DNA of 64,000 bases from Lama guanicoe (GCA_013239625.1 MU053873.1:2866524-2930523); one strand, 5' to 3'; positions 1 through 13,815 are shown, counted from the first letter of the stretch. Translations and numbers: made by a program. Notes: generated from the sequence alone by a model not told the origin.

Positions 1-599
1 CCCTTCCTCCTAGCTCCAAGCCAAAAATTCCTCCTGTTTTGACAGTTTCCACTGCCAGCCGCACCATTCTCCAAACAAGAGCCCTTGTTTTGAGTGCTAA
101 ACGCCAACGTCGATTCCTTCCGCGCCCAAGTGCTTGCTAGATCCAGTAGCCTTGACTGCCACGGTCTCTCCCACAGGCATCTCTTTCTCAATCTCTTGGC
201 TACCATAGCAATTCCGATTCGCGCAATTCCCCAGTCTGGGTCCCCTGCCCCCACTCATCCTACACATCACTGGCAGTTTAAAGTTTCTAAAGCAACTCCC
301 TGGTTTCAAAGGCTCCCAGTTTACCCACTGAAAAGATATGCAGATCACTGGCTTAGTTGTCAAGACCTTCCAAGAGAGCGTCAACCTACCTGGCCCTGCT
401 TATCCCCTCTACTCCGGCATTTTCCTGACTTTGGGTGTTTTCTCAGGCTGCCTCTGTGTCCAGGAATGCCTTCCTCGGGTATCATGTCTAAGGAAATCCT
501 GTCCACTATTTCAGGTCTCACGAAGTAACTCCCGACGGGCGCTTCAGTTTTGCAAATCCTGAGTGCTCCAGGCACAGTGCTAAGTGTTGGGGATTACAA

Positions 600-730
600 A
601 AAAATAAACTGAGACTATGAAAACGAATGTGTGTGTGTGTGTGTGTGTGCGCGCGTGCATGCCTGGGACATTGTGCTGTACGCTGGAAATTGACACATTG
701 TAACTGACTGTACTTCAATAAAAAAAGAAA
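600..730 (+). mobile_element. Short L1 3' end containing (TG)n, inside an L2 relic
   Basis: ...tgctgtacgctggaaattgacacattgtaactgactgtacttcaataaaa matches the L1 3' terminus repeated elsewhere in this window. Confidence 0.7.
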
Positions 731-1717
731 GAAATGAATAAAGCATGGCTCTGGCTTCCAGCAGAGTTCACAGTTTACAAGGGCAGAGCAACGGGGGAGC
801 ATTCAGTAAAGCTAACGGTTTCAATAATTCAGATTTCTGTGGAAGTACAGAGAAGGGGCACCTGACTTTGATGCTGGTGGTGGGGCAGGGATGGATGGTG
901 GGAAGATAGGGACGCTGATACGGAGGAAGGGATATGTGGGCAGGCAGTGAAGATGGGAGGGCAGGGCAGGAGCCAAAGATGGAGACGGAAAAGTTCAAGG
1001 GACTGTGGAGAAGCACAGCCGTATGCTCTGTCACACGGGGTATCTGTGGACAGGCTGTGCAGAAACGCTGGGCCACAGACCAGTTCACTGACGAGAGGGA
1101 GAGAGAGGAGTTTTCTCCTGGCTCTTGACGCTCATTGCTCAGTTTATTCCGCAGACCATTAAGTCCCTACACTTACCCAGCCCTTCTGGGAAGCTGTGGG
1201 GGAGGTCGGATCCCAGGTCCTGCTGGGAGGAGCTTCATCCAGGTCTAGCCATGATGGGAGGAGCAGAGTCTCCCCAAACCTGGGTTCCAGGGCTGCCGTG
1301 GCTCCTACCATGGCAGGTGCAGTAGACCTTGTGCCTGACCCCAGCCTCACTCTACGGGAGGCAAGGAAGCTGGCAGTGGAGGCTTCAGCTGTGGTGATGG
1401 TGGCTGGGATTTCCAAGAAGCAGAGCATCAACTGTCAGTGAACTTCTCAGATATGTCTTCCCACGATATCTGGCTTCCAGACTCTATCAGTTGGCCTCAG
1501 TTTTTGGAAACCAAGACTAAGACATGGAGGGTAGATTTGAAGAGGGCAAGTGTGGGAGCAGACAGATTAGCTAGGATGCTACTGTGCTAGTCTTAGCAAC
1601 AGATGATAAGCATCGCAACTAGGATAGGGGTAGTGGTGACAGGAGAAAAAGAACCTGATGGATATTTGGGAGACAAAATGAACAAGATTGGGTGATTGGT
1701 GGATATGGGGATGCCTC

Positions 1718-2074
1718 TGTCTGCATTGTGTTCCTCCACCAAATTCATATGTTGAAATCTTACCCCCCAACATGATGGTATTTGGAGGTGGGAGTCTTTG
1801 GGAGGCAATTAGATTTAGATGAGGTCATGAGGGTGGGACCCTCATGATGGGATTAGTGCCCTTATACGAGGAGACACCAGAGAGTTCTCTCCCTCTCTCT
1901 GTGCCAAGTGAGAATAGAGCAAGAAAGTGGCCATCTGGACGTCAGGAAGAGAACTCTCACTGGAATCTGACCATGCTGGCACTCTGATCTGGGACTTCCA
2001 GACGCTAGAACTAATGGAAAATAACCTTCTGTTGTTTAAACCACCGAGTCATGGCAGCCTGGGCTGACTGATAC
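1718..2074 (+). mobile_element. MaLR LTR (MLT1A-like)
   Basis: aaattcatatgttgaaatc...gaggtcatgagggtgggaccctcatgatgggattagtgcccttat...ctgactgataca. Confidence 0.8.
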
Positions 2075-4099
2075 ATGGGGGCTGAGGGAGAAAAAGGAAT
2101 CAAGGTTGATTCCTTGGAAGGAAGGAAGGTGATTCCAACATGTGAAACGGACAAGGCAGACGTTTTCCACTATGTGAATCATGGGAAAAACCAAGAGAAT
2201 AAGGCCACCATTGTCGAATGGCCTCAACTAAATTCAGACACTAGAGTAGGAGGATGCTGCTGGCACATTTTTCTATCACACTAGAGAGATTTCAAAAAAT
2301 TCCAGTTTGTCTAATTATTTTTTGAGCCTATTTTTAAGAAATTAGTTCAACATCTTCTTTAGGAGTTTAAAAGAAAATTTCATCTTCTGGAATGCCAATC
2401 TGACAACGGTTAAAGGGAGCCTTTATCTTTCATTTCACGTTACCGCCATACAGAGTGGATTTAAAAACATAGATATATAATCATCCGAGTTGAGGAGCTC
2501 TTTTTTAGCTCAGAGAGTAGGAGGCAGATTGGCATGCAGGAGCTTCATTTAAGCAAGTGTATTCAGAGTTATGCTGCTGCATTGTCCTGTCAAGATTTAA
2601 ACTCCGTGAACAGCAGAGCAAGTAGGCTCATTGGCCATAAAATCCTGTCAGAAGTCAGAAACCTGTGGACCAGTGCATCTGCTTCACCAGTGTCTCCCTT
2701 GAGCTTGTTTTTTAAAAGGACAGATTCTAGACAGGACATTGTGATCTAGAAATGGTATCAAGTCTTTCTTATCATTATCTTCCTTTGTCTTTGCCAAGTT
2801 GTGCTATTGTTTCTCTTTCCAATCAGGTCTTAGAAAAAAATACAGAGCAGGGACAGTTTTGGACATTTCGACTTGAAATTTCCAGCAGCTCTTTCGGTAA
2901 ATGCTTTTTTGTTTCCATGGAAACCAGCAATGTTTTGAAGAGGCGGTGACAGGTTCAGCACACACCAGCTACCGTGGTGGGGGATGCATGTCAGTCAGTT
3001 TGTTAAAGCCAGTGGCAAAATTACCACCTTCTGGGGCTTTTCTCTGACATGGCCAACTTGACCTTCTAAAGACAGAGATGCAGAATGATGAAGATGAAGC
3101 CATTTTCTGCCCCTCCCCCCAGCATTCTGGGTCTGTATTCTGTTCCTCTCTGCATCACCAAGTCATTCTGACTCCCACTTTGAAGCCACCAGCACAACAG
3201 ATGTGGTGACTGCTGTCTGTGAAATGTGTGTGATCACAGCGCTGGAGAGAGGAGATGGCTCTGGCAAGAGAAGGTGACTTGCCCATTGGCTGGCATTTCC
3301 TACCTCGTGGATTTCATTCCCAGGAACCCTAGCGTGTCTTGCTAGATTTCAGGTTCAGTTAGTTGCTTTAAGAATTCATGACTTTTACATACTTGCACAT
3401 AGGGACAAGAGAGGGGCATATGTTTTTCACAAACCCTGAGAGTCTGCTGGATTTGGGGAGATGTTCCTGGGAGGTGTGTGACCTGCCTGCAAAAGTCCAA
3501 TTACAGGTGAGCCAGGTATGGGGGCACTGTCAGCAGGAGAGCTGGTGACCTCTTTCTAGCTGCCTAATGAGCTGGGTGTGGCACACGTTTAAAAAAAGAG
3601 AACAATCTTCAGTGAGATTCAGCGAACACTGTGCCATTCTCCCAACTACAAAAGGAGAAACGGTTATATTTATCTGCTCTGGATTTCATCAGCCATTTGG
3701 CCATGTTTTGTCATGGATGCTCATCTTGAATCTGCAGGAGATGCCACCATCCTCAAGGCCCCCACCATTTCCCTGCACCTGTGTTCCTTGCCCTGAGGGT
3801 TTTCTCTGGAGAGCCCCACGTATGGGCACAGGTGGCAGGCCAGCAGTGTCACAGCGCTGACACCCTCTGAGAGCAGCTGTCATCCAGCCACTGGTGGGAC
3901 GTGAGGGACGATTACCTCTTGGTAACTGGAATGGGGAAGCTAGGGTGCATGTCTACACTGGCTCCCAGGGCTCCAGGGTGGAACAGAATTCCATTAAGCA
4001 AGTTATGCCCTCATTTACTGCCTCTCTTTCCCTGACTCATTTCCCTACTTACCTGTGGATAGTTCCTGGGAGGGCTTTTTATGTATTTATTTTAATCCC

Positions 4100-4800
4100 C
4101 CCCCCCAAAATCACCAATTTTTGAAATTCACATCATAATCTAAAATTAACCATTTTAACGTGAGCAGTTCAAGGGCACTTGGTAACTCACAGGGTTGTGC
4201 AGCCCCACCATTTTAATGGGTGAAAAAGCAAACCCCACACCCACGAAGCATTTACTCTCCCTCGCCCCTCCCCTCGGCCCCTGGCAACCGCCAGTCTGCA
4301 TTCTGTTTCTACGTATTTACTTATTCCGGGTATTTCCTGTCAACAGAATCATAGGATATGTGACTTTTTGAGTCTGGCTTCTTTCACTTAAAGTAGTATT
4401 TTCAAGGTTTATTCAAGTTGTAGCCTGTGTCAGTACATTGCTTTTTATGATGAATAATATTCCATGGTATAGATACACCCAACTTTATTTATCCATTTGT
4501 TTATTAATAGATATTTGGGTTGTTTCCACTTTTAAAGCTACTGTAAACAGTGCTGCTATGAACACCCATGTACAAGTATTTGTCTGAGTCCCTGGTTTCC
4601 ATTCATTTGGACCTATACGACCTAAAAGTGCAACTGCCGCCTCTTACGGTAACTCAATGGTTAACTTTTGAAGACTCGCCCAACTGTTTCCACAGTGGTT
4701 ATACAGGGGTTCCAATCTCCCGACATCCTCACCAACATTTACTATTTTCCGGTTTTTTAAATTACGTCTGTCCTAGAAGGTGGATAGTATCTCATTACCT
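4100..4800 (-). mobile_element. Old L1 (L1MB/L1MA-like) 3' fragment
   Basis: ctggcttctttcactta...catttgtttattaatagatatttgggttgtttccactttt...caactgtttccacagtgg. Confidence 0.75.
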
Positions 4801-7234
4801 TTTTCATGTCCTCTTTCCCAAACACGTAAAAAGAACACACACCGATCACCTGCATGCCCTCTGCTTAGATTTAACAATTCGGATTTGCCCAAGTAGTTCT
4901 GGTGGGGCCACTGGCCCCGTTCTTCCATCTTGGGCATTTTCTGTAAACTGGGAGTTCTGGCTAGAAGCCCGCGCAGGCTCAGGTGAACCATCTTAACTGA
5001 CATCTCAACGTAACAGCAGACACGTGTGCTGGGCGCGTACTAGGGGCCCAGTGTTTCACGCAATGTTCTTACCGAATCTCAGAATGACTCTGGGTAGAAG
5101 CGGCGACAGCTGTTCCTGCCTCCTGCCCGGCTTCCACAGCCCTCTCTTCTGGCAGCAACACTTTGATTTTCTCTCAGAAACCACCGTCCCTCTGTGGGTC
5201 CACCTGCTTAGCTAGATGATGCTGACCCCAGCCCCTAATTAACCAGGGAAGCACCTGACTAAGGCGTAACAACCAGAGGCCCAGTGATTGGCCAGCGACT
5301 GGCACGTGATCAGCTTGGACCAATGAGAGCCGGCCTCTGAGCTACCGCAGTTCATGGAATAGAAGGCTACGTCTTTGACTGGAGGATTCACCGTTCTTTC
5401 CCGTAGACTGAAAGTCCTGTCAGGTCGTGATGCAAGGGCATCGTTTGTAAGATGCACCCTGATTTCAGAAATATTCAAATGTGAAAAGGAAAAATTGTCT
5501 TAGACTGCTGGCCATCTCGCCCTCCCTGGAGAAGAGCCTGTCTGAAGGGCAGGGCTGTGTTTCGTGGGGTTGGTTGGTTAACTCTCCACGCCCTCTTTGC
5601 TTTTCTCTAGCGGCCTGGAGACATGCATTGGGGGGCTGCTGGCTGAAACGCTGGATGTTCAGGAAATGGACCCAATCTCCCCAACACTTGCTGGAAATGC
5701 CCTGTACTCACTTACCCATCTTCCCTGACAAGTAGGGTCTTTTGGATCCCTAAATTTGCAGAGCCCTCACGGACTCCATTCCATTGGGCGGGAGGGGGGG
5801 GGGAGGGGAGCAGAACTAGAAGCAGCCACACAGTTCCCAGAGGCGGGTCTGTCTTGAATGAGACATTCCCGTGGGGACTGCGGTGGTGGTCAGGGCACTG
5901 GGTCCCAGGAACACCATCCTCCAAAGATTTCCAGGCACTGGGCTCAGAAATCAGTCTGTTTGAAGGGTCACCACTTAGCTGTGTGACATTGGACAAGTTA
6001 CCCAGCCTCTCTAAGCCTCAGCTTCCTTCTCTATGCTGGTTTGTCATTTACAGGGTTGCTGGGGGTATTAAATGAGAGCATCTCCACAGAGCTCAGTGCA
6101 ATGCCAGGCACATTGTGAGTGCTTAACACGTGTTAGCCGTCACTCTGCCCAAGGTTATTCAGACCTTAGGTGTCCAGCCAGCCTTGAACCCAGGGATGTC
6201 TGGCTCCCTGGCTGTATTCTTAAACATCTCCCCAGGACGCTTCACATTCTCATCCTGCTCCTCCTCTCCCCCTCCTCATGTCGCTCTCTTAAATTCACAG
6301 CTAAATTGTGACAAAACAGGGATTTGTGGCAAATGGCTCAGCAGGATTAAGAAACAACTGCTGGGCACATCTGCCACGCACGCTGGCAGACTCCAGAGAA
6401 CAGAACTGTCATCAGCTCAGCTCACCTCCGCCTTTCCAGAGTGGGTGGGAGGGGAAGGAGCCAGAGGACTGGGCATAGGGCAACACCCACCAGGACCTGC
6501 AGGGACCTCCGCACCCTCCAGTTGTGTCGTTCAAAATCACAAAGCTTAGGAATGAAACTGATGGAATCTCAGAGGTCAAAAGATATTTTTTAACAGACGT
6601 GGACACAGGAAAAATCCAGCCATGGATATGTGAGGCAGGTTTCCAGGCAGCCCACGATATGCACAGCCTGACAATCAGGTCCCTGGGAGAGGGAGCTGGT
6701 GCTGGGGTGATGGGGTGATGTGGGGGTGGGAGTGGGGGGGGCAGGATACAGACAGAGACCAGGAGAGAAATGGAGCAGAGAAACAGAAAGTCAGAGACCA
6801 GACAAAGAGAGAAAGAATCAGGAGACAGAGGACAGAAAGAAGGACAGAAAAGGATGCTTGTTAACTTACAACACAGAGGTCCAAGGAAATAGAAAAAAGT
6901 GTGTTGTGGGGGAGAACTTAAGGAGAGAAAAAGGAAACAGAGCAGAGCAAGGAGTGGGAGGGGGTGGGAGGGATCTGATTAGCCAGTGAGTCCCTGCTGG
7001 CCCGCCCTTTCCCCACTTCTGTCTCCTGTATTTTTTCCTCCTGCAGGAGGAGGGACAAATTAGCAATAATCAGTCAGTCCTGTGCCTCTGGAAGCCCTGA
7101 ACCCCAGTCTAGTATCCAGGCTGTGTTAGAGGTTTATGGGTCTGGTTCTGTACATGATTTCCCTCCCCCTCCCCTCTCCAGGTTCTGCCCCTCTCCTAGG
7201 CACGCTATGCTTTTTCATAGGACACAACTTCGGG

Positions 7235-7385
7235 AAGACCCTGTGAGCCTCCAACAAGTGCAACTGGGCACATGATTTGCAAGGCAAAATGAAAATACAG
7301 AGCCCCTTGTTCAAAAATTATTAAGAATTTCAAGACATTGATAGAGCATTAAACCAAGCATGGGGCTCTTCCGCTGCCCTCAGGT
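7235..7385. mobile_element. hAT-Tip100 MITE (MER45A-like)
   Basis: gcaaaatgaaaatacagagccccttgttcaaaaattattaagaatttcaagac...gcattaaaccaagcatgggg. Confidence 0.65.
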
Positions 7386-8591
7386 ACGGCAAGTGAGTGG
7401 GAGAGGCAGGACCCCGGGCCTCTGAGAATGGCAAGAGGTACTAACTCTACCTGGGGCTTCTCTGTTGATTTCATTCATTCATTCATTCAACAGACATTTA
7501 AGGTGGCCACCCTGTGGCTACAGTCTCATATTTGGCAACACAACCCTCCATTTCTCAAGGACTCTCATGCGCTAGGCATTTTACTTGCATTATTTCGTTT
7601 CATTCTCATTAACAACTAGAGACAGTGGCTGTTATTACTACCAGCCCCATTTTACAGATGAGAAAACCGAGGCCACTGGCTGAAATCCCAAGGCTATTAA
7701 GTGGTGCAGCCAGGTCCATCTGTCTAGAGCCCTCACTCGCTACCATCAGGCCAGTTTTGTCTCTCTCTAGTCCTCTTCTAAAAGGGACAGGAGACAGGAC
7801 GTGGGGCTCAGCAGGTGGGGAAGGCGCATCAGCTCCAGGACTTCTTCCAGCCAGCAGGGAGATTAGAGGGACAAAAGGGGGAGCAGCCTTAACGCAGTAG
7901 GAAGGCCATTCCCCATTGATGGAGGAGTTCTCACACACTGCAGTACGGGCAGAACTGGCAGGAAGCAGTAAATCGTGCCCCTAAAAGCACAGCCTGCCTG
8001 TGCCCTAGGGACCTGTGAATGAGAAGAGCTCAGAAAATATCAGCATCTGATGTGCAATTAAAGCATCAGGTGCAAGGCACTTACAGGGGTTTGTCAGTTG
8101 GGTTTGTTTTTTTGAAGTAAGTCGCTAACATGAGGTGTCAGGTGACCCTGCAGTGAGCACCCCTTGAGGGATGTGTCAAGTCCTCCAGAACAGGGGTTCT
8201 TAATCTGGGGGTGCGAGTGGGCTCTGGTTCCCCCGAGTTTGGACGTAGCTGTCCTGGCTGGTGCTCTCCAGGAGCAGAGCCTGAGTCAGGATGCCACTAA
8301 AAGTGCTTGCTGGAGAGGTGAGGCCAGGAAGCACAAGGAGAATGCAGCTGTAATCTTCAGAAGGGAAGGAAGCCAACAGAAAGTGTGCACTGCGGGCAGC
8401 GGAGGTCCAGCCCCACTGGGAACTCCGGGGACAGCGTAGAAACATACCTCACAGTCGTGCCTCTCAAGGGAAGTGAGAGCGGGGATGTCAGTCCCTCAAC
8501 GCCACCCTCAGGGGCTGAGAGCTGCTCCCAGGTGCATTTCTCCAGCACTTCCGGATGCCCTGCAAGCCACCGACATAGAGTATTTTATTCT

Positions 8592-8697
8592 TTTGATTTT
8601 TTTTTAAACTTGGTCTTTTTCATTTTTTTTTTAATGGAGGTACTGGGGAATTGAAGCCAGGACGCGTTCTACCACTGAGCTCTGCCCCTTCTCCCAC
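8592..8697 (-). mobile_element. Vic-1-type tRNA-Ala-derived camelid SINE, internally deleted
   Basis: Reverse of ...agctcagtggtaga...cctggcttcaattccccagtacctccatt(A)n; TSD agagtatt(t/g)tattct-like at 8577-8591 and 8698-8712. Confidence 0.8.
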
Positions 8698-8909
8698 AGA
8701 GTATTTGATTCTCAGCTTTGAGTCTTGACCTTAGGCATACAACAATTAGGAGATACAGAATTGTCTGCACATTATCTAAGTATTACACTTTTTCAGATGT
8801 ATCTAGATGCTTTGTGACTATGACTGAGTTCTTAATAGCTCTGTGGGTGTGTGTGTGGGAGAGAGGCATGTACACAAAACATATTTTCTCAATTACGTGA
8901 CATAAAAAT

Positions 8910-9430
8910 ACTGTTCTGTTAGCAACACATCTTTTAGTTTCAGGGGACAGAAACCCAGCTTAAACTGGCTTCAACCCAAAGAGGTTTGAGTCAGACGACT
9001 GCAAAGGTAAGAGGAAGCAGGTCTGCCTTTTAGTCCAGTTGGATCCAAGAGCGTCAACAGCAGCATCACCAGGAACCTTTTTTTCCGTTTCTGGGATTTG
9101 TTTTTCTTGATCTTATTTTCATGCACAGCCAGTCTTGTCCCACATGGCAACGGCTGCCAGCGGGTCCTGGCCTCCCTCCAGCAGCCCGGCCACTTGCACA
9201 GACAGAACAAGCTTGATTCTCATTGGCCGAGCTTGGGTCATGAGACCACCTCTGAGACAATGACGGAACCTCTGATTGGCTAGACTGTGGTCAGGTGCCC
9301 ATAGAGGCGGGAGGTAGGGCTGCTCCACCCAACACGTGGGCTCAGATCCCTCTCTCTTTGGTTCCCCAAAGCAAAACTGAGGCACGCTGTGACCAAAAGG
9401 GAGCCTAGATTTCCATTACAACCAGCATGT
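8910..9430 (-). mobile_element. Old MaLR LTR (MLT1K/L-like)
   Basis: gacagaaacccagcttaaactggctt...cattggccgagcttgggtcatg...ctctgattggctag. Confidence 0.6.
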
Positions 9431-10471
9431 GTCGTGCCTGCCATAAAAAAGGGACCTTGCTTTTGGAATATGTATATGTTCCAAATATGTTGAGATCTAG
9501 GCCAAAATGTACCAGGGTCTTCCTAAAGAGGCACGTGGTTGGTTGACCATGATGTTGCAATAAAAGTACGGTTCTTTCCTTATAATTTGGTTGTGATTAA
9601 ACCTCTCAGAGAATTCTCCAGTAGAAAACAGTTGAAATTCAGGAAGGAGGGGCTCTGCGGGAGAGACGCTGAGGAGGCAGAGTGGGACTTCAGCTTCTGT
9701 AGACATGAGGTCCAGGTAGAAGAGTCTCCATCCAGGTGGGGTCCCGAGGGTTAGAGCTTGGCTGATGGGAAAAGAGGAATTCTGGAACTGCTGGCAAAGC
9801 CTTTCAGATAAATAAGCATGATGGTTCCCTACTGATTGTCCTCCGTATTCTTTTAAGCTTTTGACACAACAAATTCTGCCGTAATAAACAACCTTGTACA
9901 AAAATCCTCTCCCCGGTGCCTTGTATTTCTGTGGGATAAATGGAATCAATTACGATGCAGCGCACCATGGACTATAACTCAGCTTTGGGAAGAATGAGTT
10001 GGAGCTTCGTGTAATGACCTGGCGAGATGTGTGGGACAGACATGTCCTGCCCCCCACCTCTATCAAGCGGGAGGAGAGCCAGGTGCAGAATTTTTTTTTT
10101 TTTTGAGGAAAACTAAATCTCTCCTATGTGTTTTTAAGACCAAAGGAAATGGTATAGAAGGATCCTCATCAAACATTGAATATTAATATTTTAAGGATGT
10201 GGGACTAGGGACTTGTTTACTAGCCCAGTGGGTTGTTTGAATTGTTATAATCAGCCTGGGCCGTTTTTACACATGTATATATTTCCCATGCAATACAACA
10301 AAAATGGGAAGAGGGGAACGAGTATGTTGCATTTGTGAACAACCTCAAAATAATAAACTCTCCCCTTTCTGCGAACTCTGCTTGCTAAGAAGACTGAGGA
10401 CCAGGGAAGGTCCTGCAGGCTGGGGGTTAGAGAAATGAAAAGGCATTTACAGCTTTTATAGAAGAGGGAGT

Positions 10472-10757
10472 TAGGGTTGGTAGATAAATGCCCAGTTAAA
10501 TTCGAATTTCATATAAAGGATGACTACATTTTAGTATAAGTAAATTCCAAAATTGTACTTTCCCACTGGCCCAGCTTGGGTCATGTGACCATCTCTGAAC
10601 GAACCACGGAAACTCTAATTGGCCAGAGGGTAGTCAGGAGCCCGCGGAGTCAGAACTTACTTATACTACAGATTTATACGATATTTAAAAAAAAAAAATC
10701 TGATTTTCAAATTTAACTGGGTAGCCTCTGTATTTACTGTCTAATTTGGCAGCCTTA
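10472..10757. mobile_element. MER53 palindromic hAT MITE, interrupted at its centre
   Basis: Arms tagggttgg...cccagttaaattcgaatttca...tagtataagta and tacttatacta...caaatttaactggg...tttggcagcctta. Confidence 0.75.
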
Positions 10758-11310
10758 TAAGGAAGGAAGAAAGATGTCGGGGTAGGAGATGGGGGTAGTG
10801 AGCAGGGGACCCCAGCTCTGCAAGTGGGGAGAGCCAGATGGGGTTTGGGGAGGGAGAGAGAGCAGAGCAGGTCCCCAGGAACGTGAGACTCTCCGGGACA
10901 GAACTGGCGACAGAATTTTCAAGAAGTTTCCTTGGGTGACATGCCTCCCTTTCAGTTCCCTTGAGAGACTGGCTGTAAAAGTTAGATTCTTTTAAATCTT
11001 CTGTGGACTTAAGAGTGGTTGAGGGCGACACTACGAGACCAGGGTCCAAGGTGGGCCCATTTTTTTTTTTACCCAGAACGCATTCCACCCGGGTCTGTTT
11101 CACGCGCAAGGATGAAGCACCAGAGATGTTCATTTCTTTCTTTGTCAAGAGTCAAGGGCAGTCCACTAAGTTTCCAAATTGAAACCTCTTGTATCAGAAA
11201 CAATCCATTTCATCAGCTGACTTTGTCCAAAGAAAATAACCATTGGGAGGCAGTGAAGTGTGACTGTGTCACTTTAGGATTAGTGCGACCTCCCAATAAA
11301 GCCTTGCCGA

Positions 11311-11329
11311 GGCTGCCACCTGGCGGTTT
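11311..11329 (-). promoter_or_regulatory. CTCF motif
   Basis: Reverse complement AAACCGCCAGGTGGCAGCC. Confidence 0.5.
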
Positions 11330-12962
11330 AAAGGGGCCCAGCATGCTCTCAACGCTGGTCATACCTTGGATTTCTCTGCTAGTGGATATTCATTCCTCCA
11401 GCGAATCTTTCACAATGCCTGTGTGTCCCAGGCAACAACGTTGCAGTCATACGAACAGCATTGTTTTAAAATGGTAATGTCTTAGTTGAGTGCAAATAAA
11501 AAAACATACTGGAAATGTAAGGAAATGAAAAGTAGGTTTTTAAAACTTGTAAGCCATGAAATCCATGTTGAAACTACTATACCATGTTTTAGGGCAGGGG
11601 ATTCGTGACTCTTTGACAGAGTCATAATATGGAGAGAAACGGGTTGGGGAGAGCAGAGGGGGAAGGAAGGAAGGAGGGGGAGACACTTGGAATGGGAGGT
11701 TGGTGGGGGCACAAGAGCTGAAAAGTTGATAGACCTTTCAAGAAAGTAGCATTCACACCTTACCTTTGTTTTTAGGTTCCATGTTGGTGAAATCTTTTCT
11801 GTTTTCCTCCTTTTTTTTATGTAGGGATGTATTAGTCCCACATCTGGGGGCTGCACAGGGATGTAGGAAGGCATCACCTCTCTACCTGCGTCCCTCACCC
11901 CAATGAGCTGCTAATCATCGATCAAGTCAAGATTCAAGCCCAGAGTTCCCGCCCTTCGCCACTGCTAAACCCAGCCAAACAGTCCTGGGACAAAGCCAAG
12001 TGAGGCAGAATCCCTGTGCTCAGGGCGTCCACGGGCTAAAATCTGCTTCAGTTCTGGGTGCCCTAGGAGGAGGTAGCACTGGTTGGGCTGGCCCTCAGCC
12101 ATTCCTACCCTAGACATCGACCAGGAGCCAGACCTCCTGGGTCCCCTTTCCTCCTGGATGAGCTGTGTGGACTTAGCCTCTCTGAGCCTCAGATACCACA
12201 TCTGTCAAAGGAGAATGATACTGATTTCTTTACTCACAGGAGTAAATGAGATATTAAAGTGCATCAAATAACTAGGAAATCTAAAACTATTCTCAAAGAA
12301 AACGTGTATTTAAAATGTAGAAAACAAAACAAAAAGAACTAGCAAGCAGCCAATAAATGCCAGCTATTAGCTATCACTATTTCTATGATTGTTAATGTCA
12401 TCACTACATCATCCTGGCAGGGATCTCTTTGGTCACTGCTTTATGGCTCTCTCTCTCCTGGCCGAGGGCCGTCCATCCTGCTCATTTTGTCTGAAGCACA
12501 TCTACCAGTGCAGGTGGGTTCTGGCCTCAAGGAAAGCTCTGTCGCTCCACTACTGTTCTAAATTTGCAGGCAGCCGGGCACTGGAAACAGCATCTTGGTT
12601 TCTGAAAGCATCCTGCTGCCTTTCTGTCTTTCACCTTGTCTGTCCTTCCAAGGAATTGATTGAGTGACAAGCCCATGACTGATTCAGCCTCATCCTAGTC
12701 CTGCCAGTGCCACCCATCCCCCCTTCACTGATAAAGCTTCTCCCCAGGGGACCTTTCAGAAGCCCCACCCCCTCGTTTTATATTAGAAGATGATTGGACA
12801 CCTTCAGGGAAGGAGCACGCCGGACGTCAATCCGCCCACCGGGATGCTTCCCCACGTGCCTCCTCCCCGACCCGCTTCCGCATTTGTTGTCCGTGAGATA
12901 AAGGGCCAACTTGGAGCTCCCAGCCTCCAGAATTACCCAGACTTGGGATTGGATTCCCAATA

Positions 12963-12981
12963 TGGCCACCAGAGGGCGCAT
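12963..12981 (+). promoter_or_regulatory. CTCF motif, near-consensus
   Basis: TGGCCACCAGAGGGCGCAT. Confidence 0.75.
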
Positions 12982-13359
12982 TAAACAGAGCCGGTCCTGT
13001 CCCTCCCCTGCTACCTACACGGCAGGCCTCCCTGGCCCCCTCCGGCCAAGCAACACCTCCCCCTACCCTGAGCCACACCCGCTGTCCCTCCAAGGGGCTA
13101 GGTTCTCGTCGTCCTCCCTCCACGTGCTCCCTCTGCCCAGAAGCTTCCCCAGCAACCCTGCAGGGCTCTGCTCACCCTCCCTGCCTTAGCTTAGAATCAC
13201 CTCCTGGACCACTCACTCCCAGCCACAGCCTCACCTGGCTCATCCAGGCCCTCGTCAGTCTCCGCACGTATCATCGCTGGTGCTCATCTGTCAGGAGTTG
13301 TCTCCCTTCCTTCTGGGTGCCCCCTGGACAGCTGCTTTGTTTGTTAAATGGAGACAGGC

Positions 13360-13600
13360 TGCGATGGTTAATTCTGACTGGGTTAAGGGGTGCCTGGATT
13401 GCTGGCCAAACATTATTTTTAGGTGTATCTGTGACGGCGTTTCCCAAATTGATGAGCATTCGAACTGGGAGGCTGAGCAAAGGACCGAGGCAGGTGGGCG
13501 TCTTCTGGTCCAGCGACTGCCTGAGCATTGCCGTCTGCTCGAGCTGGGCTGTCCGCCCTCTTCTGCCCTCGGACGCCGGTGCTCCTGGTGTGTCCTGGAT
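13360..13600 (+). mobile_element. ERVL LTR fragment (MLT2-like)
   Basis: tgcgatggttaatt...gactgggttaaggggtgcctggattgctggccaaacattatttttaggtgtatctgtga. Confidence 0.7.
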
Positions 13601-13815
13601 GGCGGTGTGTCTGAAGATGGCAGCGGACGGGCCTCGTTCCACACACTCCCCAAATGTTCCCGGAACCAGTCCCGAGTTGGCCGTCCTGTCTTGGCATTCA
13701 AAGTGTCAGTGGGTGTTACCCCAACTGAACCCCCAGCAACTGGAAACATGCCACTTCGTGTCATCCTGGAGCCTTTGTAACAAAAACCCCACCGATCTGA
13801 CTCTTTTTCATTTGT

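Noticed and set aside
2946..2966. REST/NRSE half-sites (TTCAGCAC here and near 19224; GGACAGCG near 8429 and 40121)
   Set aside because: Only isolated half-sites; no full 21-bp element
6704..6741. G-quadruplex-type G-run cluster
   Set aside because: Real motif, but common in this GC-rich region and without any linked feature
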